DNA of 32,000 bases from Methanothermus fervidus DSM 2088 (GTDB lineage Archaea; Methanobacteriota; Methanobacteria; DSM-2088; Methanothermaceae): the NCBI GenBank assembly GCA_000166095.1, contig CP002278.1, positions 540,001-572,000 on the forward strand, written 5' to 3'. Numbering within the stretch: the stretch's first letter is position 1; the number at the start of each line of letters is the position of its first letter. The notes below the pieces were generated by a model. That model ran no database searches, had not been told where the DNA came from, and worked only from the letters and a program-made list of their open reading frames with translations. The translations under genes and the position numbers were made by a program. Positions 18,017 to 28,681 of the stretch are shown one piece after another.

Positions 18017-19243
18017 ATGAGGGATAAAATGTATAGAATAGGGGAAGCATTAATTGGAAAAGGAAACGAAGTTGCTCACATCGAACTAATTATCGGAAAA
18101 AAGGATGGAAAAGTAGGCGATGCATTTGTAAAAGGATTTACAAATGCATCTATTGGTCATGTTCCTTTATTATCAGTAATACGTCCAAATTTGATGACAA
18201 AACCCGCAACTTTAATAATACCTAAAGTTACTATTAGGGACATGGATGACGCAAATAAAATTTTTGGACCAGCACAAATGGCCGTAGGCAGGGCCATTGC
18301 AGATGCAGTAGAAGAAGGTATAATACCTAAAGAAAAAGTTGAAGAATTGGTTGTAATTGTAAGTGTTTTTGTTCATCCAGATGCAAAGGATTATAGGAAA
18401 ATCTACCAATATAATTATGGAGCAACCAAATTAGCATTGAGAAGAGCAATAGAAGGTTACCCACCAATTGATAAGATATTATCAGAAAAAGATAGGAGTG
18501 TACATCCTATAATGGGCTTTAAAGTACCAAAACTTTGGAATCCTCCATATATACAAGTCGCATTGGATATGAATGATTTAAATGAAATGAAAAGAGTAAT
18601 AAACGAATTACCTAAAAGAGAAAGATTAATATTGGAAGCAGGTACGCCATTAATTAAAAAATATGGTGTGCATGTAGTTAATGAAATAAGAAAATTAAGA
18701 AAAGATGCATTTATAGTAGCAGATCTTAAAACTTTGGATGTTGGAAGATTGGAAGTTAAAATGGCATCTGATGAGACAGCTGATGCAGTAGCAATTTCAG
18801 GTCTTGCAAGCATTGAATCAATTGAAAAAGCAATACATGAAACACAGAGACAGGGCGTATACTCAATATTGGACATGATGAATGTAAGTGATATTGAAGG
18901 CAAACTCAAAAAATTAAGATATAAACCAGATATAGTATTGCTACATAGAAGTGTAGATGTTGAAACTGTAAAAGCTGAACGTGGTGAAAAGATAGGTGAA
19001 GTTACAGAATGGGGTAATATAAAAAGAATAAAATCTATAACAAATGCATTAGTTGCGGTAGCTGGTGGCATAACACCAGATAATGTTCAAAAAGCAATTA
19101 AAAGTGGAGCTGATATAATCGTAGTTGGCAGGTATATCACTGGCTCTAAGGATGTAAGAAGAGCTTCACAAGAATTTCTTGATCAATTACCCCCAGATCC
19201 AGACACTATGAGATTACCTCTTGATGAAGATGAGTCTATATGA
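18017..19243 (+). CDS. Bifunctional formaldehyde-activating enzyme / 3-hexulose-6-phosphate synthase (Fae-Hps fusion)
   Basis: N-terminal Fae domain [51 protein letters not shown]; C-terminal Hps domain [16 protein letters not shown]...[21 protein letters not shown]...[32 protein letters not shown]. Start may be 18029. Confidence 0.95.
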   Translation: MRDKMYRIGEALIGKGNEVAHIELIIGKKDGKVGDAFVKGFTNASIGHVPLLSVIRPNLMTKPATLIIPKVTIRDMDDANKIFGPAQMAVGRAIADAVEEGIIPKEKVEELVVIVSVFVHPDAKDYRKIYQYNYGATKLALRRAIEGYPPIDKILSEKDRSVHPIMGFKVPKLWNPPYIQVALDMNDLNEMKRVINELPKRERLILEAGTPLIKKYGVHVVNEIRKLRKDAFIVADLKTLDVGRLEVKMASDETADAVAISGLASIESIEKAIHETQRQGVYSILDMMNVSDIEGKLKKLRYKPDIVLLHRSVDVETVKAERGEKIGEVTEWGNIKRIKSITNALVAVAGGITPDNVQKAIKSGADIIVVGRYITGSKDVRRASQEFLDQLPPDPDTMRLPLDEDESI

Positions 19244-19282
19244 TTTATTATATTTTTATTTTTAGGATTTGGAGGAATAGAA

Positions 19283-19849
19283 TTGATACTCGGAATATGT
19301 GGTAGTCCAAGAAAACAGGCAACAGAATATGTATTAAAAAAAGCTTTGGAAATTGTAGAAAGAAGTCATGAAGTTAAATTCTTTACAGTGAGGGGAAAAA
19401 CTATAAATCCATGTAGACATTGTGACTATTGCATAAAAAATAAGAAATGTATTATAGAAGATGACATGAAGTTTATTTATGAAACTTTGCCAAAAGCATC
19501 AGGAATTATTATGGCTACACCTGTATACAATGGAGGAGTTAGTGCCCAATTAAAAGCCATCATGGACAGATGTAGAGCTTTGGGAGCTCAAAATTTTAAT
19601 TTTTTAGAAAATAAAGTTGGCATGGGGATTGCAGTGGGAGGAGATAGATCTGGAGGGCAAGAGTTAGCTCTCCTTCAAATTCACACTTTCTTTATTTTAA
19701 ATGGAGCAATCCCTGTTAGTGGAGGTGCATTTGGAGCTAATCTTGGCGCATGTTTTTGGTCAAAGGATTCATTAAATGGTGTTAAAAAAGATAAAGAAGG
19801 CTTTAGAACTTTGAAAAAAACGCTTAAGAGATTTCTTTCAAAGGTGTGA
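19283..19849 (+). CDS. Flavodoxin-fold NAD(P)H-dependent FMN reductase / iron-sulfur flavoprotein family
   Basis: GICGSPRKQATEYVLKKAL start, PCRHCDYCIKNKKCIIEDDM Cys motif, ATPVYNGGVSAQLKAIMDR. Confidence 0.9.
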   Translation: MILGICGSPRKQATEYVLKKALEIVERSHEVKFFTVRGKTINPCRHCDYCIKNKKCIIEDDMKFIYETLPKASGIIMATPVYNGGVSAQLKAIMDRCRALGAQNFNFLENKVGMGIAVGGDRSGGQELALLQIHTFFILNGAIPVSGGAFGANLGACFWSKDSLNGVKKDKEGFRTLKKTLKRFLSKV

Positions 19850-19857
19850 CTTTCACC

Positions 19858-20631
19858 ATGAAATTAGGTTTTTCAACTCTTGCTCTTATTCCAAAACCTC
19901 TAAATCAAATTTTAAAAATTTTCTCAAAATCAAAATTTGAATTGCTTGAATTGTTATGTGACGGACCTTATTGGCCAAGAAATCTTCTTAAAAAAATTGA
20001 TGAAATCATAGAAATTTTTTCATCCTATGACCTCAAGTTGTATGTCCATGCACCTACTGTGGATTTAAATATTGCAAGTTTAAATGAAGGTATTAGAAAT
20101 GAAAGTAAAGTCCAAATAAAAGAATCAATACAACTTGCGGCAGAATTGGATGCAAAAGCTGTAACAATACATCCTGGCTACGTGAAGAGACCTGACAAAC
20201 ACTTAAGAGATCTTGCTGTTAAATATTCTAAAAATTCAATACATGAATGTCAGGAATATGCTGAAGAAATAGGCATGAAACTTTGTATAGAAAACATGCC
20301 AAATCGCAATATATATCTTTGTAAAAATGTTAACGAGTATTTGGAGTTTATTGAGGAATGTAATTCTTGTGCCACTATAGATATTGGACATGCAAATACT
20401 TCAGGACAATTAAAAGAATTTATGAAAATTAAGGCATGTTATCACCATATAAATGATAATGATGGTAAGAAAGATCAGCATCTTCCACTTGGTGAAGGCA
20501 ATATTGATTTAAAATATTTAAAATTTATTAAAAATGGTATAATCGAAGTTAACGATTATAAAAAAGTTTTAAAATGTAAAGAAGTCATTCAAAAATTTTT
20601 AAGAGGTGAAATAAATGGGAAAAAAAGATAA
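19858..20631 (+). CDS. Sugar phosphate isomerase/epimerase, xylose isomerase-like TIM barrel family
   Basis: KLGFSTLALIPKPLNQILK, AVTIHPGYVKRPDKHLRDLAV, LCIENMPN, ATIDIGHANTSG, HHINDNDGKKDQHLPLGEGNIDLKYL. ATG at 19858 preferred over 19846. Confidence 0.85.
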   Translation: MKLGFSTLALIPKPLNQILKIFSKSKFELLELLCDGPYWPRNLLKKIDEIIEIFSSYDLKLYVHAPTVDLNIASLNEGIRNESKVQIKESIQLAAELDAKAVTIHPGYVKRPDKHLRDLAVKYSKNSIHECQEYAEEIGMKLCIENMPNRNIYLCKNVNEYLEFIEECNSCATIDIGHANTSGQLKEFMKIKACYHHINDNDGKKDQHLPLGEGNIDLKYLKFIKNGIIEVNDYKKVLKCKEVIQKFLRGEINGKKR

Positions 20632-20776
20632 AAAGCGCCTCCCTCCTACTGGAGCTGGTTTAGTTAGATATTATGAAGAAGAAGAAAAAATGGGGCCAGC
20701 ACTCACACCTGAGCATGTAGTTGTTATTACAATATTGCTTGCAATCTTTTGCATAGTACTTAGATTTTCAGGGTGA
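20615..20776 (+). CDS. Preprotein translocase Sec61-beta subunit (archaeal SecG), 53 aa, absent from the ORF track
   Basis: Manual translation: MGKKDKKRLPPTGAGLVRYYEEEEKMGPALTPEHVVVITILLAIFCIVLRFSG*, the archaeal Sec61-beta layout (basic N-terminus, GAGLVRYYEEE, C-terminal TM). Confidence 0.95.
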   Translation: MGKKDKKRLPPTGAGLVRYYEEEEKMGPALTPEHVVVITILLAIFCIVLRFSG

Positions 20777-20781
20777 AATTA

Positions 20782-22143
20782 ATGCCGATACATCCTATAG
20801 AATTCCGGTATGGAACAAAAGAAATGAAAAAAATTTGGGAAGCTGAAAATAAATTGGATAAGATGCTTAAAGTTGAAGCAGCATTAGCAGATGCAGAAGC
20901 AGAATTAGGTATAATACCAAAAGACGCTGCTAAAGAAATAAAAAGAAAAGCAAACACAAAGTTCGTTAAATTAGAGAGAGTGAAGGAAATAGAGAAAGAC
21001 ACAAAACATGACGTAGTTGCAATGATAAAGGCCTTAGAAGAACAATGTGTTGGGAATGCTGGTGAATACATTCATTTTGGTGCTACCTCAAATGATATTG
21101 TGGATACAGCACAATCACTACTTTTTAAAGATAGTATTAAGGTGTTAAGAAAAAGAATAATAAAACTTATAAAACTGCTTTTGGATTTGGCACAAAAAAA
21201 TAAAAAAAGAGTATGTATTGGACGAACACATGGACAGCATGCTTTGCCAACTACATATGGAATGAAATTTGCATTATGGGCAGATGAGCTGTATAGACAC
21301 CTCGTACGTTTAAACTCTTGTGAAGATAGATTGTGTGTTGGAATGATAACAGGGGCAGTTGGAACCTTCGCAGCATTAGGTAAAAAAGGATTAGAAGTAA
21401 ATAAAAGAGTTTCTGAAAAATTAGGATTGAAACCTGTTTTAATATCAAACCAAATTATACAAAGAGATAATCATGCTGAATTCATAATGGTTTTGGCAAA
21501 TATTGCATCAACACTGGATAAAATAGGCACTGAAATAAGGAATTTACAAAGAACTGAGATAGGGGAAGTCTATGAAAAATTTGACATTGAAAAACAAGTT
21601 GGAAGTAGTGCAATGCCTCACAAAATGAATCCAATTACTGCAGAAAGAATATGCGGATTATCTAGAGTCATTAGATCATATGTAACCTCTGCATTGGAAA
21701 ATAATGTTTTATGGCATGAAAGAGACCTCACAAATTCTTCTCCAGAAAGAATAATATTTCCTGAAGCTTGTATACTTACAGATTACATACTTGAATTAAC
21801 ATTCAAAATTTTGAAAGATTTGAAGTTTAACGACAAAAACATAGAAAAGAATCTTAATTTAACAAAAGGATTGATAATGGCCGAAAGAATTGTGTCTAAA
21901 CTTGTAGAAAATGGCATGGGGCGACAAACTGCATATAAAATTGTCAGAGATTGTGCAATTAAGTCAATTAAAGAAAACTTACCATTTTTCAAAATTGTAG
22001 AAGAAAATCCAGAAATTAAGAAATATTTAAGTTCCGAAGAAGTAAAAGAATTAATGGATCCTCACACATACATAGGACTTGCTCCAGAAATTACTGATAA
22101 AGTTGTAAAAACCATTAAAGAGAAGTTAAAAGAGTTTATGTAA
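20782..22143 (+). CDS. purB: Adenylosuccinate lyase
   Basis: MPIHPIEFRYGTKEMKKIWEAENKL, GRTHGQHALPTTYG, EKQVGSSAMPHKMNPITAERICG signature. Confidence 0.97.
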   Translation: MPIHPIEFRYGTKEMKKIWEAENKLDKMLKVEAALADAEAELGIIPKDAAKEIKRKANTKFVKLERVKEIEKDTKHDVVAMIKALEEQCVGNAGEYIHFGATSNDIVDTAQSLLFKDSIKVLRKRIIKLIKLLLDLAQKNKKRVCIGRTHGQHALPTTYGMKFALWADELYRHLVRLNSCEDRLCVGMITGAVGTFAALGKKGLEVNKRVSEKLGLKPVLISNQIIQRDNHAEFIMVLANIASTLDKIGTEIRNLQRTEIGEVYEKFDIEKQVGSSAMPHKMNPITAERICGLSRVIRSYVTSALENNVLWHERDLTNSSPERIIFPEACILTDYILELTFKILKDLKFNDKNIEKNLNLTKGLIMAERIVSKLVENGMGRQTAYKIVRDCAIKSIKENLPFFKIVEENPEIKKYLSSEEVKELMDPHTYIGLAPEITDKVVKTIKEKLKEFM

Positions 22144-23019
22144 AGTTGTTGATAGTTTGTTCCAATTTTTTCTGTAAAGGATAAATATCAGTAGGGCAGA
22201 GGACAATAGAGAAAATAAAAGTTGAAATAATGGTTCTGGCAATTCTGCACTGATAAATATTGAAGGCAGTGGCATATAATATGAACTGCTTACAATAACT
22301 TCTGAAAATAAATTATTTGCTGTATGAATTCCAATGACAGCCTCCAAACCTCCATCAGTTAATGTAATTATGGAAGCTATCAATGCATAAATCAAAGTGT
22401 CAATAAATATATCCAAATTTGCAACCAATGATGTTCCATTGCCCCAATGCCCAGTAGCAAATATTATTGAAGTTATAATAACTGGATAAATACGTTTATT
22501 TGTGATCAGGTTTATTGCTTGGAGTGCATAACCTCTAAAAAATATCTCTTCAAATCCTGCCTGTATTGGAGTTGTAGCTAAGGAAACAAGAAACAACATT
22601 AAAAATTCAGGCATTTTAAAATTTAATTTATATGAATGCGGGTCAAAATATAGGTCGATTAAAAGAAACAATGTAAGTACAAGTGACCATGCGAAAAACC
22701 CTGAGAAAAATCTTTTAAATCTAAACTTTGAGTGACTTGTAACAACAGTTTTAAACTTTCTATTATGGAAAATTCGCAAGGAGATATAAAAACTTAATAA
22801 CAAACAACAATAATAAATGTTGGTTCCCAAAAGGCTAAATACGCCTTCCATACCTGTTCTTGGAGAAACAATATCTAATCCAAGGATTGAAAACAAAATA
22901 TATATTGGGATGAATAAAAAAGCAGGCAAAAATAATATGAAAAATAATGAAATGAGGTATCTCCACCAATCGTTTTTTCCTTTCTTTGCCAAATCTATGA
23001 ATTCTGTCAGGTTTGACAC
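22126..23019 (-). CDS. CPBP-family intramembrane metalloprotease (CAAX protease-like)
   Basis: Multi-TM with AGFEEIFFRGYALQAI (EExxxR), SIIFATGHWG and IGIHTANNLF motifs. Confidence 0.9.
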   Translation of the reverse strand: MSNLTEFIDLAKKGKNDWWRYLISLFFILFLPAFLFIPIYILFSILGLDIVSPRTGMEGVFSLLGTNIYYCCLLLSFYISLRIFHNRKFKTVVTSHSKFRFKRFFSGFFAWSLVLTLFLLIDLYFDPHSYKLNFKMPEFLMLFLVSLATTPIQAGFEEIFFRGYALQAINLITNKRIYPVIITSIIFATGHWGNGTSLVANLDIFIDTLIYALIASIITLTDGGLEAVIGIHTANNLFSEVIVSSSYYMPLPSIFISAELPEPLFQLLFSLLSSALLIFILYRKNWNKLSTTLHKLF

Positions 23020-23035
23020 CTACATAATTTCAATA

Positions 23036-23344
23036 TTAATCATTTTTCTTTTTTTCAATCCGACGACATTTAAATATTACAGTACCACCATCAGTGTATG
23101 GTTCACCAGGGTCTACACATTGCATATACGCATGATCAGGATCATCTTCTTTTGTTAATCCTAATTCAACAGGACACCATTTTTTCTCCAAAATAGTTGT
23201 GTAATGTAGAATTGTAGATAAGGCATGTGTGCAAAGAGCATCTGTTTTTTCAAGTACGATCTCTGGATCATCTATAATTATTTTATCTCCTTCTTTGTAG
23301 ACAGGACATTTACCTATTATTTTATGTACAGTAATTTCAAGCAT
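23036..23344 (-). CDS. Small conserved Cys-containing protein (TIGR04076-like)
   Basis: KIIGKCPVYKEGDKIII ... CTHALSTILHYTTILEKK ... AYMQCVDPGEPYTDGGTVIFKCRR pattern. Confidence 0.75.
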   Translation of the reverse strand: MLEITVHKIIGKCPVYKEGDKIIIDDPEIVLEKTDALCTHALSTILHYTTILEKKWCPVELGLTKEDDPDHAYMQCVDPGEPYTDGGTVIFKCRRIEKKKND

Positions 23345-23384
23345 TGATTACACCTTCATTATTTTTTCATAATTTATTTTAAAT

Positions 23385-24605
23385 TTATAAGTACATTACT
23401 ATTGCAGGGATTATTAAACATCCCATTAAATAAGATTTGTTTATTTTTAGCGAATGTGGTAGAATCCCCAGAAAAATTGATGTAAAATAACAAAAAGAAA
23501 CAAGAATTACATTGGCATTTTCAAAATATGATAAAATATAAACAAAAGAAGTTATAATTACAACAATGAAAATTGTCATTAATTTATAATTTAATTCTGC
23601 GATGTTTTCAATCATCCATTCACCGATTTTTATACAGATAAAAAATGAAAGAGAAACTGAGGTAATCCCAACGAAAATAAAAAGTAATATTTTCATTAAA
23701 TCTATCTCTCCCAAAAATTGTGAAATATAGACTGCAATACCACTGCGTGCATTTCCAATTAAATAAACAGTTAAAAGCGAAAACAAAGAATCTGATACAT
23801 TTACACTACTTATGGCAGTTATTAAACTTTCATACTCATTTTTATTTTTTCCACAAAATTCTTGTGCAATTACACTTCCCTGTGCAGGTCCAAAACCAGG
23901 CAAAAATGCTAAAAATATACTTGCAAAGGTTCCTGAAATTATTCCTCTAATGATGTTACCATTCACTTTAAAATTATGGATTTCGCTTTGATAAGGTATG
24001 TATGAATTTTCTTTTAAGCTATAAAGCATCGTACTTACTCCAAAAAGACCTAAAAACATCGTAGTAAGTAAAACATTTGATGAAAATGGTAATTTTAATA
24101 CTAATATTCCAAAAATTCCTGAAACTAAAAAAATAATTGTAGAAATCAATGTTGATCTGACACTTCTATTTAAAGAAATAAGAAGATAAATTGATGCTAA
24201 AATTAAAATAATGCAAATATAAGGTTTCAAAATTTTTTCTAGAATAGGTAGAAGTATGGAAAGAAGTGGAAAAAGAAATGCAAGAATAAGTATGGATGAA
24301 AGTCCACCAACAGCCACCAATCTGATAGTTTTCTTCCCATATCCTCCCAAAATCATTTTATGTGCTGGATGTACAACAAGTGCTGTAGATTCCTTTGGAA
24401 CTCCAAGCAACATTGAAGGAATAAATTCCAATAAAGCATGTGAGACAGATAAAGAAAGAAGAAATACAGATAATACTTCTGGAGAAAAATTTTTAAGAAA
24501 ATAAGCAGAAAACACAAAAATTAATGCTCCAACATTATTTACATGTAAACCAGGAATTAACCCTGTTATAACACCACATAATACTCCAATAAAACATGCA
24601 ATCAA
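23385..24605 (-). CDS. TctA-like permease (archaeal DUF112-type membrane protein)
   Basis: GVLCGVITGLIPGLHVNNVGAL, FLPGFGPAQGSVIAQEF duplicated glycine-rich motifs; about 10-12 TM. Confidence 0.8.
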   Translation of the reverse strand: MIACFIGVLCGVITGLIPGLHVNNVGALIFVFSAYFLKNFSPEVLSVFLLSLSVSHALLEFIPSMLLGVPKESTALVVHPAHKMILGGYGKKTIRLVAVGGLSSILILAFLFPLLSILLPILEKILKPYICIILILASIYLLISLNRSVRSTLISTIIFLVSGIFGILVLKLPFSSNVLLTTMFLGLFGVSTMLYSLKENSYIPYQSEIHNFKVNGNIIRGIISGTFASIFLAFLPGFGPAQGSVIAQEFCGKNKNEYESLITAISSVNVSDSLFSLLTVYLIGNARSGIAVYISQFLGEIDLMKILLFIFVGITSVSLSFFICIKIGEWMIENIAELNYKLMTIFIVVIITSFVYILSYFENANVILVSFCYFTSIFLGILPHSLKINKSYLMGCLIIPAIVMYL

Positions 24606-24625
24606 TAAATCAAAAATTTAATCAC

Positions 24626-24892
24626 CTATTCAACTAATCGCCTGAGGTCTGTTACTTCAACAGTGCTTACATTTTTTATTTTTGATAACTTTTCTTCAAC
24701 TTTGTCTGTCCCTCCTTTTGCATCATCAACAACAACCATAACATTTAAAGCTACTAACCCAAAGGCTATTGGATCTTCCTTGATATCATGCAATTCTTCC
24801 CCTAACTCCTTTTGTATGTTGTTTTTAATTTCATTTAAATCAACATTGGGGTCTGTAGGTGTTAATCTTATGGTAGCTAATACTTTTCCCAT
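24626..24892 (-). CDS. Elongation factor 1-beta (aEF-1beta)
   Basis: MGKVLATIRLTPTDPNVDLNEIKNNIQKELG...EDPIAFGLVALNVMVVVDDAKGGTDKVEEKL. Confidence 0.95.
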   Translation of the reverse strand: MGKVLATIRLTPTDPNVDLNEIKNNIQKELGEELHDIKEDPIAFGLVALNVMVVVDDAKGGTDKVEEKLSKIKNVSTVEVTDLRRLVE

Positions 24893-24904
24893 TTTTCCAC
24901 TTCC

Positions 24905-25060
24905 TTATGGTCCTTCAAACCCACATTTACATCTATATACGTTTCCAAATGTTCTACATTTCTCACATCTTACTATTTCTTCATTACAGAGAGGGCATTC
25001 AAATTTTACATATTTTTCTCCAAGTGGTATTTCTCTTTTACATGATATGCATCTAACCAT
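24905..25060 (-). CDS. 51-aa zinc-ribbon protein, absent from the ORF track
   Basis: Manual translation of minus strand: [51 protein letters not shown], four zinc-ligand pairs. Confidence 0.92.
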   Translation of the reverse strand: MVRCISCKREIPLGEKYVKFECPLCNEEIVRCEKCRTFGNVYRCKCGFEGP

Positions 25061-25705
25061 TTAATCACCCCTAATAATTGTACATTTTTTACCTTTACCT
25101 TCAAGTATAGAGACTATCCTATCTGGATATTTTCCATTGGCAACATAACAAGTAGTTTTGTATTTAAGAAGTAATTTTGCAAAAGATTTATCAACAGAAG
25201 TTTCACCAAAAGACAGCAATTTTTTTGCATTTATCTCCTTAATAAATTTTGCGTCTTTATACAATGAAGGATCTTTTGTATATATACCATCAACATTTGT
25301 TGCTATTAAAAGTTTTGAATTTAATAAATGTGAGAAAAACAAGGAAATTGAATCTGAGGTAACACTCCAAGAATGTTCTAATGGATCTAAATAATGTAAT
25401 ATTTTTGATGGAAGAATTATAGGTATTCTTTTATTTTTTAATAATTTCCTAGCGTCTCTTAAATTATCTACGGCCTCTGCTTTATCAACTAAATCCGCTA
25501 ATAACATTCCAATAATATCCATACATAATATTGCTGCATCATGAGCCGTAGTTTTTGAAAACTTTAATTTTGAATCATATTCACGTATTTTATCTGAAAG
25601 TTCGCCTCCACCACATATAACCATTACATCCTTCCCTACTAGAGATTCTAGCAATTTTAATGCATATTTTGGAAATAGACTACCTCCAATTTTTACTAAC
25701 CACAT
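25061..25705 (-). CDS. mfnE: Amino acid kinase family protein, probable MfnE ([5-(aminomethyl)furan-3-yl]methyl phosphate kinase)
   Basis: [39 protein letters not shown]; short 214-aa archaeal AAK protein typical of methanogens. Confidence 0.7.
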   Translation of the reverse strand: MWLVKIGGSLFPKYALKLLESLVGKDVMVICGGGELSDKIREYDSKLKFSKTTAHDAAILCMDIIGMLLADLVDKAEAVDNLRDARKLLKNKRIPIILPSKILHYLDPLEHSWSVTSDSISLFFSHLLNSKLLIATNVDGIYTKDPSLYKDAKFIKEINAKKLLSFGETSVDKSFAKLLLKYKTTCYVANGKYPDRIVSILEGKGKKCTIIRGD

Positions 25706-25937
25706 CTTATCACAATTCTTATCAATGAATATTATAAAAAAATTTCACATTATATACTTTATTATCAAATTTTTGTTCATACAAATTTTACAGTTCTCAA
25801 AAAATAAGAAAAATTAAATAACAATATTAAAAATATTTTGGACATTGTTTTCAAGCTTCAGAGAATTTTAGGTAAAAACATTTATTTTATTTAGAAAAAA
25901 ATTATTCCTAATTCATTTTTTTAAGGAGGATTCAAAA

Positions 25938-27197
25938 ATGAGCATGACAATGGCAGAAAAAATACTTGCTAAAGCATCTGGGAAAGATAAGGTAGAAGCT
26001 GGAGAAATTGTAATGGCTAATATAGATGTAGCTATGGTTCATGATATAACAGGTCCTCTAACTGTAGAAAGATTTAAAGAAATAGCTGAAAATGTTTGGG
26101 ACCCTGAAAAAATTGTGGTTGTGTTTGATCATCAAGTTCCTGCAGAAAGTATAGAATCTGCTGAAAATCACATCATAATGAGAGAATTTGTAAAGGAACA
26201 AGGTATAAAACATTTTTACGATGTAGGAGAAGGTATCTGTCATCAAGTTTTACCAGAGAAGGGTCATATAGTGCCTGGAGAAGTTGTAGTTGGTGCAGAT
26301 TCACACACTTGCACTCATGGCGCATTAGGTGCATTTTCTACTGGTATAGGATCTACAGACATGGCAATGGTTTTTTCAGAAGGAAAATTATGGTTTAAAG
26401 TCCCCGAAACACTTAGATTTGAAATCAATGGTTCTCTAGACAAATATGTTACTGCAAAAGATGTTATATTAAAAATAATAGGTGAAGTTGGAGTTGATGG
26501 AGCTACATATAAAGCATGTGAATTTTCTGGAGAAGTTATGAAAAATATGAGTATATCCGAGCGTATGGTATTGTGTAATATGGCAATAGAGATGGGTGGT
26601 AAAACAGGACTTGTTGAACCTGATGAAAAAACTTTAAACTATATTAAAAAACGTACAACTAAAAAATTTGAAATTTTTAAAACAGATGTTGATTCTCCAT
26701 CACTTGAGACAATGGAAATAAATGTTGAAAATTTAGAACCACAAGTTGCTTGTCCGCATAATGTAGACAATGTTAAGCCAGTTTCTGAAGTTGAAGGTGT
26801 TGAAATTGATCAAATATTCTTAGGTTCATGTACAAATGGTAGATTAAAAGATTTAAGAGATGCTGCAAAAATAATAAAAGGACATGAAATAGCAGACAAT
26901 GTAAGAATGCTTGTAATACCTGCATCAAGAGAAATTTATAAAAGAGCTTTAAATGAAGGGCTAATAAAGATATTCTTAGAAGCTGGTGCAGTTGTATGTA
27001 ATCCTTGTTGTGGACCATGTCTTGGAGGACATATAGGTGTACTAGGACCAAATGAAGTGTGTTTATCCACATCTAATCGTAATTTTAAAGGTCGTCAAGG
27101 TAGTACTAAAGCTAAAATATATTTATCATCGGCGGTAGTAGCTGCAGCTTCTGCTATAACTGGAAAAATAACTGATCCTAGAAGCTTAGAAAGGTGA
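25938..27197 (+). CDS. Aconitase-family large subunit: 3-isopropylmalate dehydratase / methanogen homoaconitase
   Basis: [68 protein letters not shown]. Confidence 0.95.
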   Translation: MSMTMAEKILAKASGKDKVEAGEIVMANIDVAMVHDITGPLTVERFKEIAENVWDPEKIVVVFDHQVPAESIESAENHIIMREFVKEQGIKHFYDVGEGICHQVLPEKGHIVPGEVVVGADSHTCTHGALGAFSTGIGSTDMAMVFSEGKLWFKVPETLRFEINGSLDKYVTAKDVILKIIGEVGVDGATYKACEFSGEVMKNMSISERMVLCNMAIEMGGKTGLVEPDEKTLNYIKKRTTKKFEIFKTDVDSPSLETMEINVENLEPQVACPHNVDNVKPVSEVEGVEIDQIFLGSCTNGRLKDLRDAAKIIKGHEIADNVRMLVIPASREIYKRALNEGLIKIFLEAGAVVCNPCCGPCLGGHIGVLGPNEVCLSTSNRNFKGRQGSTKAKIYLSSAVVAAASAITGKITDPRSLER

Positions 27198-27201
27198 GAG
27201 A

Positions 27202-27684
27202 ATGAAAGGCAGGGTTTGGAAATTCGGTGACAATATAGATACAGATCTTATAATTCCTGGACGATATCTGACAATAAGAGATCCAAAAAAATTAGCAAAA
27301 CATTTGATGGAAGGAATAGATCCTAACTTCCATAAAAAAATTAAGAAAGGAGATTTCATAGTCGCTGGTAAAAATTTTGGATGTGGATCATCAAGAGAAC
27401 ATGCACCACTTGCAATGAAAGGTGCTGGTATTGGTGCTGTAATTGCAGAATCGTTTGCAAGAATATTTTATCGAAATGCTATTAATTTAGGTATTCCAGC
27501 TATAGAAGCTCCAAATGTTTCTAAAAAAATTAAAAATAATGAAGTTATAGAAATAGATTTAAAAGAAGGAATCATAAGAAAAGAAAATGGTGAAATTATA
27601 AAATTTAAAAAGTTGCCAGAATTCATGTTAAAAATAATTGAGAAAGGTGGCTTAATACAATATTTAAAAGAAAAAAAGAAATGA
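27202..27684 (+). CDS. 3-isopropylmalate dehydratase / homoaconitase small subunit
   Basis: DNIDTDLIIPGRYLTIRDPKKL, AGKNFGCGSSREHAPLAMKGAG, FARIFYRNAINLG. Confidence 0.95.
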   Translation: MKGRVWKFGDNIDTDLIIPGRYLTIRDPKKLAKHLMEGIDPNFHKKIKKGDFIVAGKNFGCGSSREHAPLAMKGAGIGAVIAESFARIFYRNAINLGIPAIEAPNVSKKIKNNEVIEIDLKEGIIRKENGEIIKFKKLPEFMLKIIEKGGLIQYLKEKKK

Positions 27685-27705
27685 TCGGAAAAGAGGCGTC
27701 GAAAG

Positions 27706-28680
27706 ATGAAAATAGCTGTAATTCCGGGTGATGGAATAGGTAAAGAAGTTACAGAAGCTACCATACATATATTAAGTGCTTTAGATCTTCCTTTAACTTA
27801 CGAATTTGGGGAAGCAGGAGATGAATGTCTTAAAAAAGAAGGTTCTGCATTGCCTGAGGATACATTAAAACTTGCAAAAAAATCTGATGCTGTTTTATTT
27901 GGTGCAGTAGGAGAATCAGCTGCTGATGTCATTGTTAAATTAAGAAAAGAACTAGACCTCTTCGCAAATGTAAGACCAGTTAAATGCTATCCTGGAATAG
28001 AATGTATTAGGAAAGATATAGACTTAACAATAGTGAGAGAGAATACAGAGTGCCTATATTCTGGAATAGAGAGATATACAGATGAAGGAGCTGAAGCTGT
28101 TAGAGTTATAACTAGGAAAGCATGTGAAAGGATTTGTGAGTTTGCATTCAAAATTGCAAATGAAAAAGTTACTGCTGTACATAAAGCAAATGTCCTTAAG
28201 AAGACAGATGGGTTGTTTAGGGAAGTATTTTATGAGGTTGCTGAAGGATATCCAGAGATTGAAGCTGAGGATGTTTATGTTGATGCAATGGCCCTCTACC
28301 TAATAACAAAACCACAAGATTTTGATGTTTTGGTCACAACAAATCTATATGGGGACATACTTTCTGATGAGGCTGCTGGTTTAGTTGGTGGTCTTGGATT
28401 GGCACCATCTGCAAATATAGGTGAAAAAAATTCGCTTTTCGAACCTGTACATGGATCTGCTCCAGATATTGCAGGTAAAGGGATTGCAAATCCAACTGCA
28501 ATGATCCTATCCTCAGTTATGATGTTGAGGCATCTTGGATTTGAGAGAGAAGGTGATTTGGTTGAGAATGCTTTGATTGAGGTCCTTAGGGAGGGAAAGG
28601 TAACTCCTGATCTTGGTGGAAATCTTAAGACTATGGAGATGGCTGAGGAAATAAGAAAATATGTACTGGAGGCTAAATAA
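27706..28680 (+). CDS. Isopropylmalate/homoisocitrate dehydrogenase family (LeuB/AksF)
   Basis: VIPGDGIGKEVTEA, REDLFANVRPVKC-like context (RKELDLFANVRPVKCYPG), NLYGDILSDEAAGLVGGLGLAPSANIG, FEPVHGSAPDIAGKGIANPTAMI. Confidence 0.95.
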   Translation: MKIAVIPGDGIGKEVTEATIHILSALDLPLTYEFGEAGDECLKKEGSALPEDTLKLAKKSDAVLFGAVGESAADVIVKLRKELDLFANVRPVKCYPGIECIRKDIDLTIVRENTECLYSGIERYTDEGAEAVRVITRKACERICEFAFKIANEKVTAVHKANVLKKTDGLFREVFYEVAEGYPEIEAEDVYVDAMALYLITKPQDFDVLVTTNLYGDILSDEAAGLVGGLGLAPSANIGEKNSLFEPVHGSAPDIAGKGIANPTAMILSSVMMLRHLGFEREGDLVENALIEVLREGKVTPDLGGNLKTMEMAEEIRKYVLEAK

Positions 28681-28681
28681 G

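Noticed and set aside
25706-25937. Possible riboswitch or structured leader before the homoaconitase-type operon
   Set aside because: The region is extremely AT-rich with only short trivial palindromes (AATATTAAAAATATT); no recognisable leader architecture.
26773-27072. Minus-strand 99-aa ORF inside the aconitase-family large subunit, and similar antisense ORFs at 16038..16316, 16915..17109, 18457..19071, 27468..27764, 29248..29490, 30584..30892 and 30953..31276
   Set aside because: All are antisense or alternate-frame shadows of strongly identified conserved genes, with biased composition.
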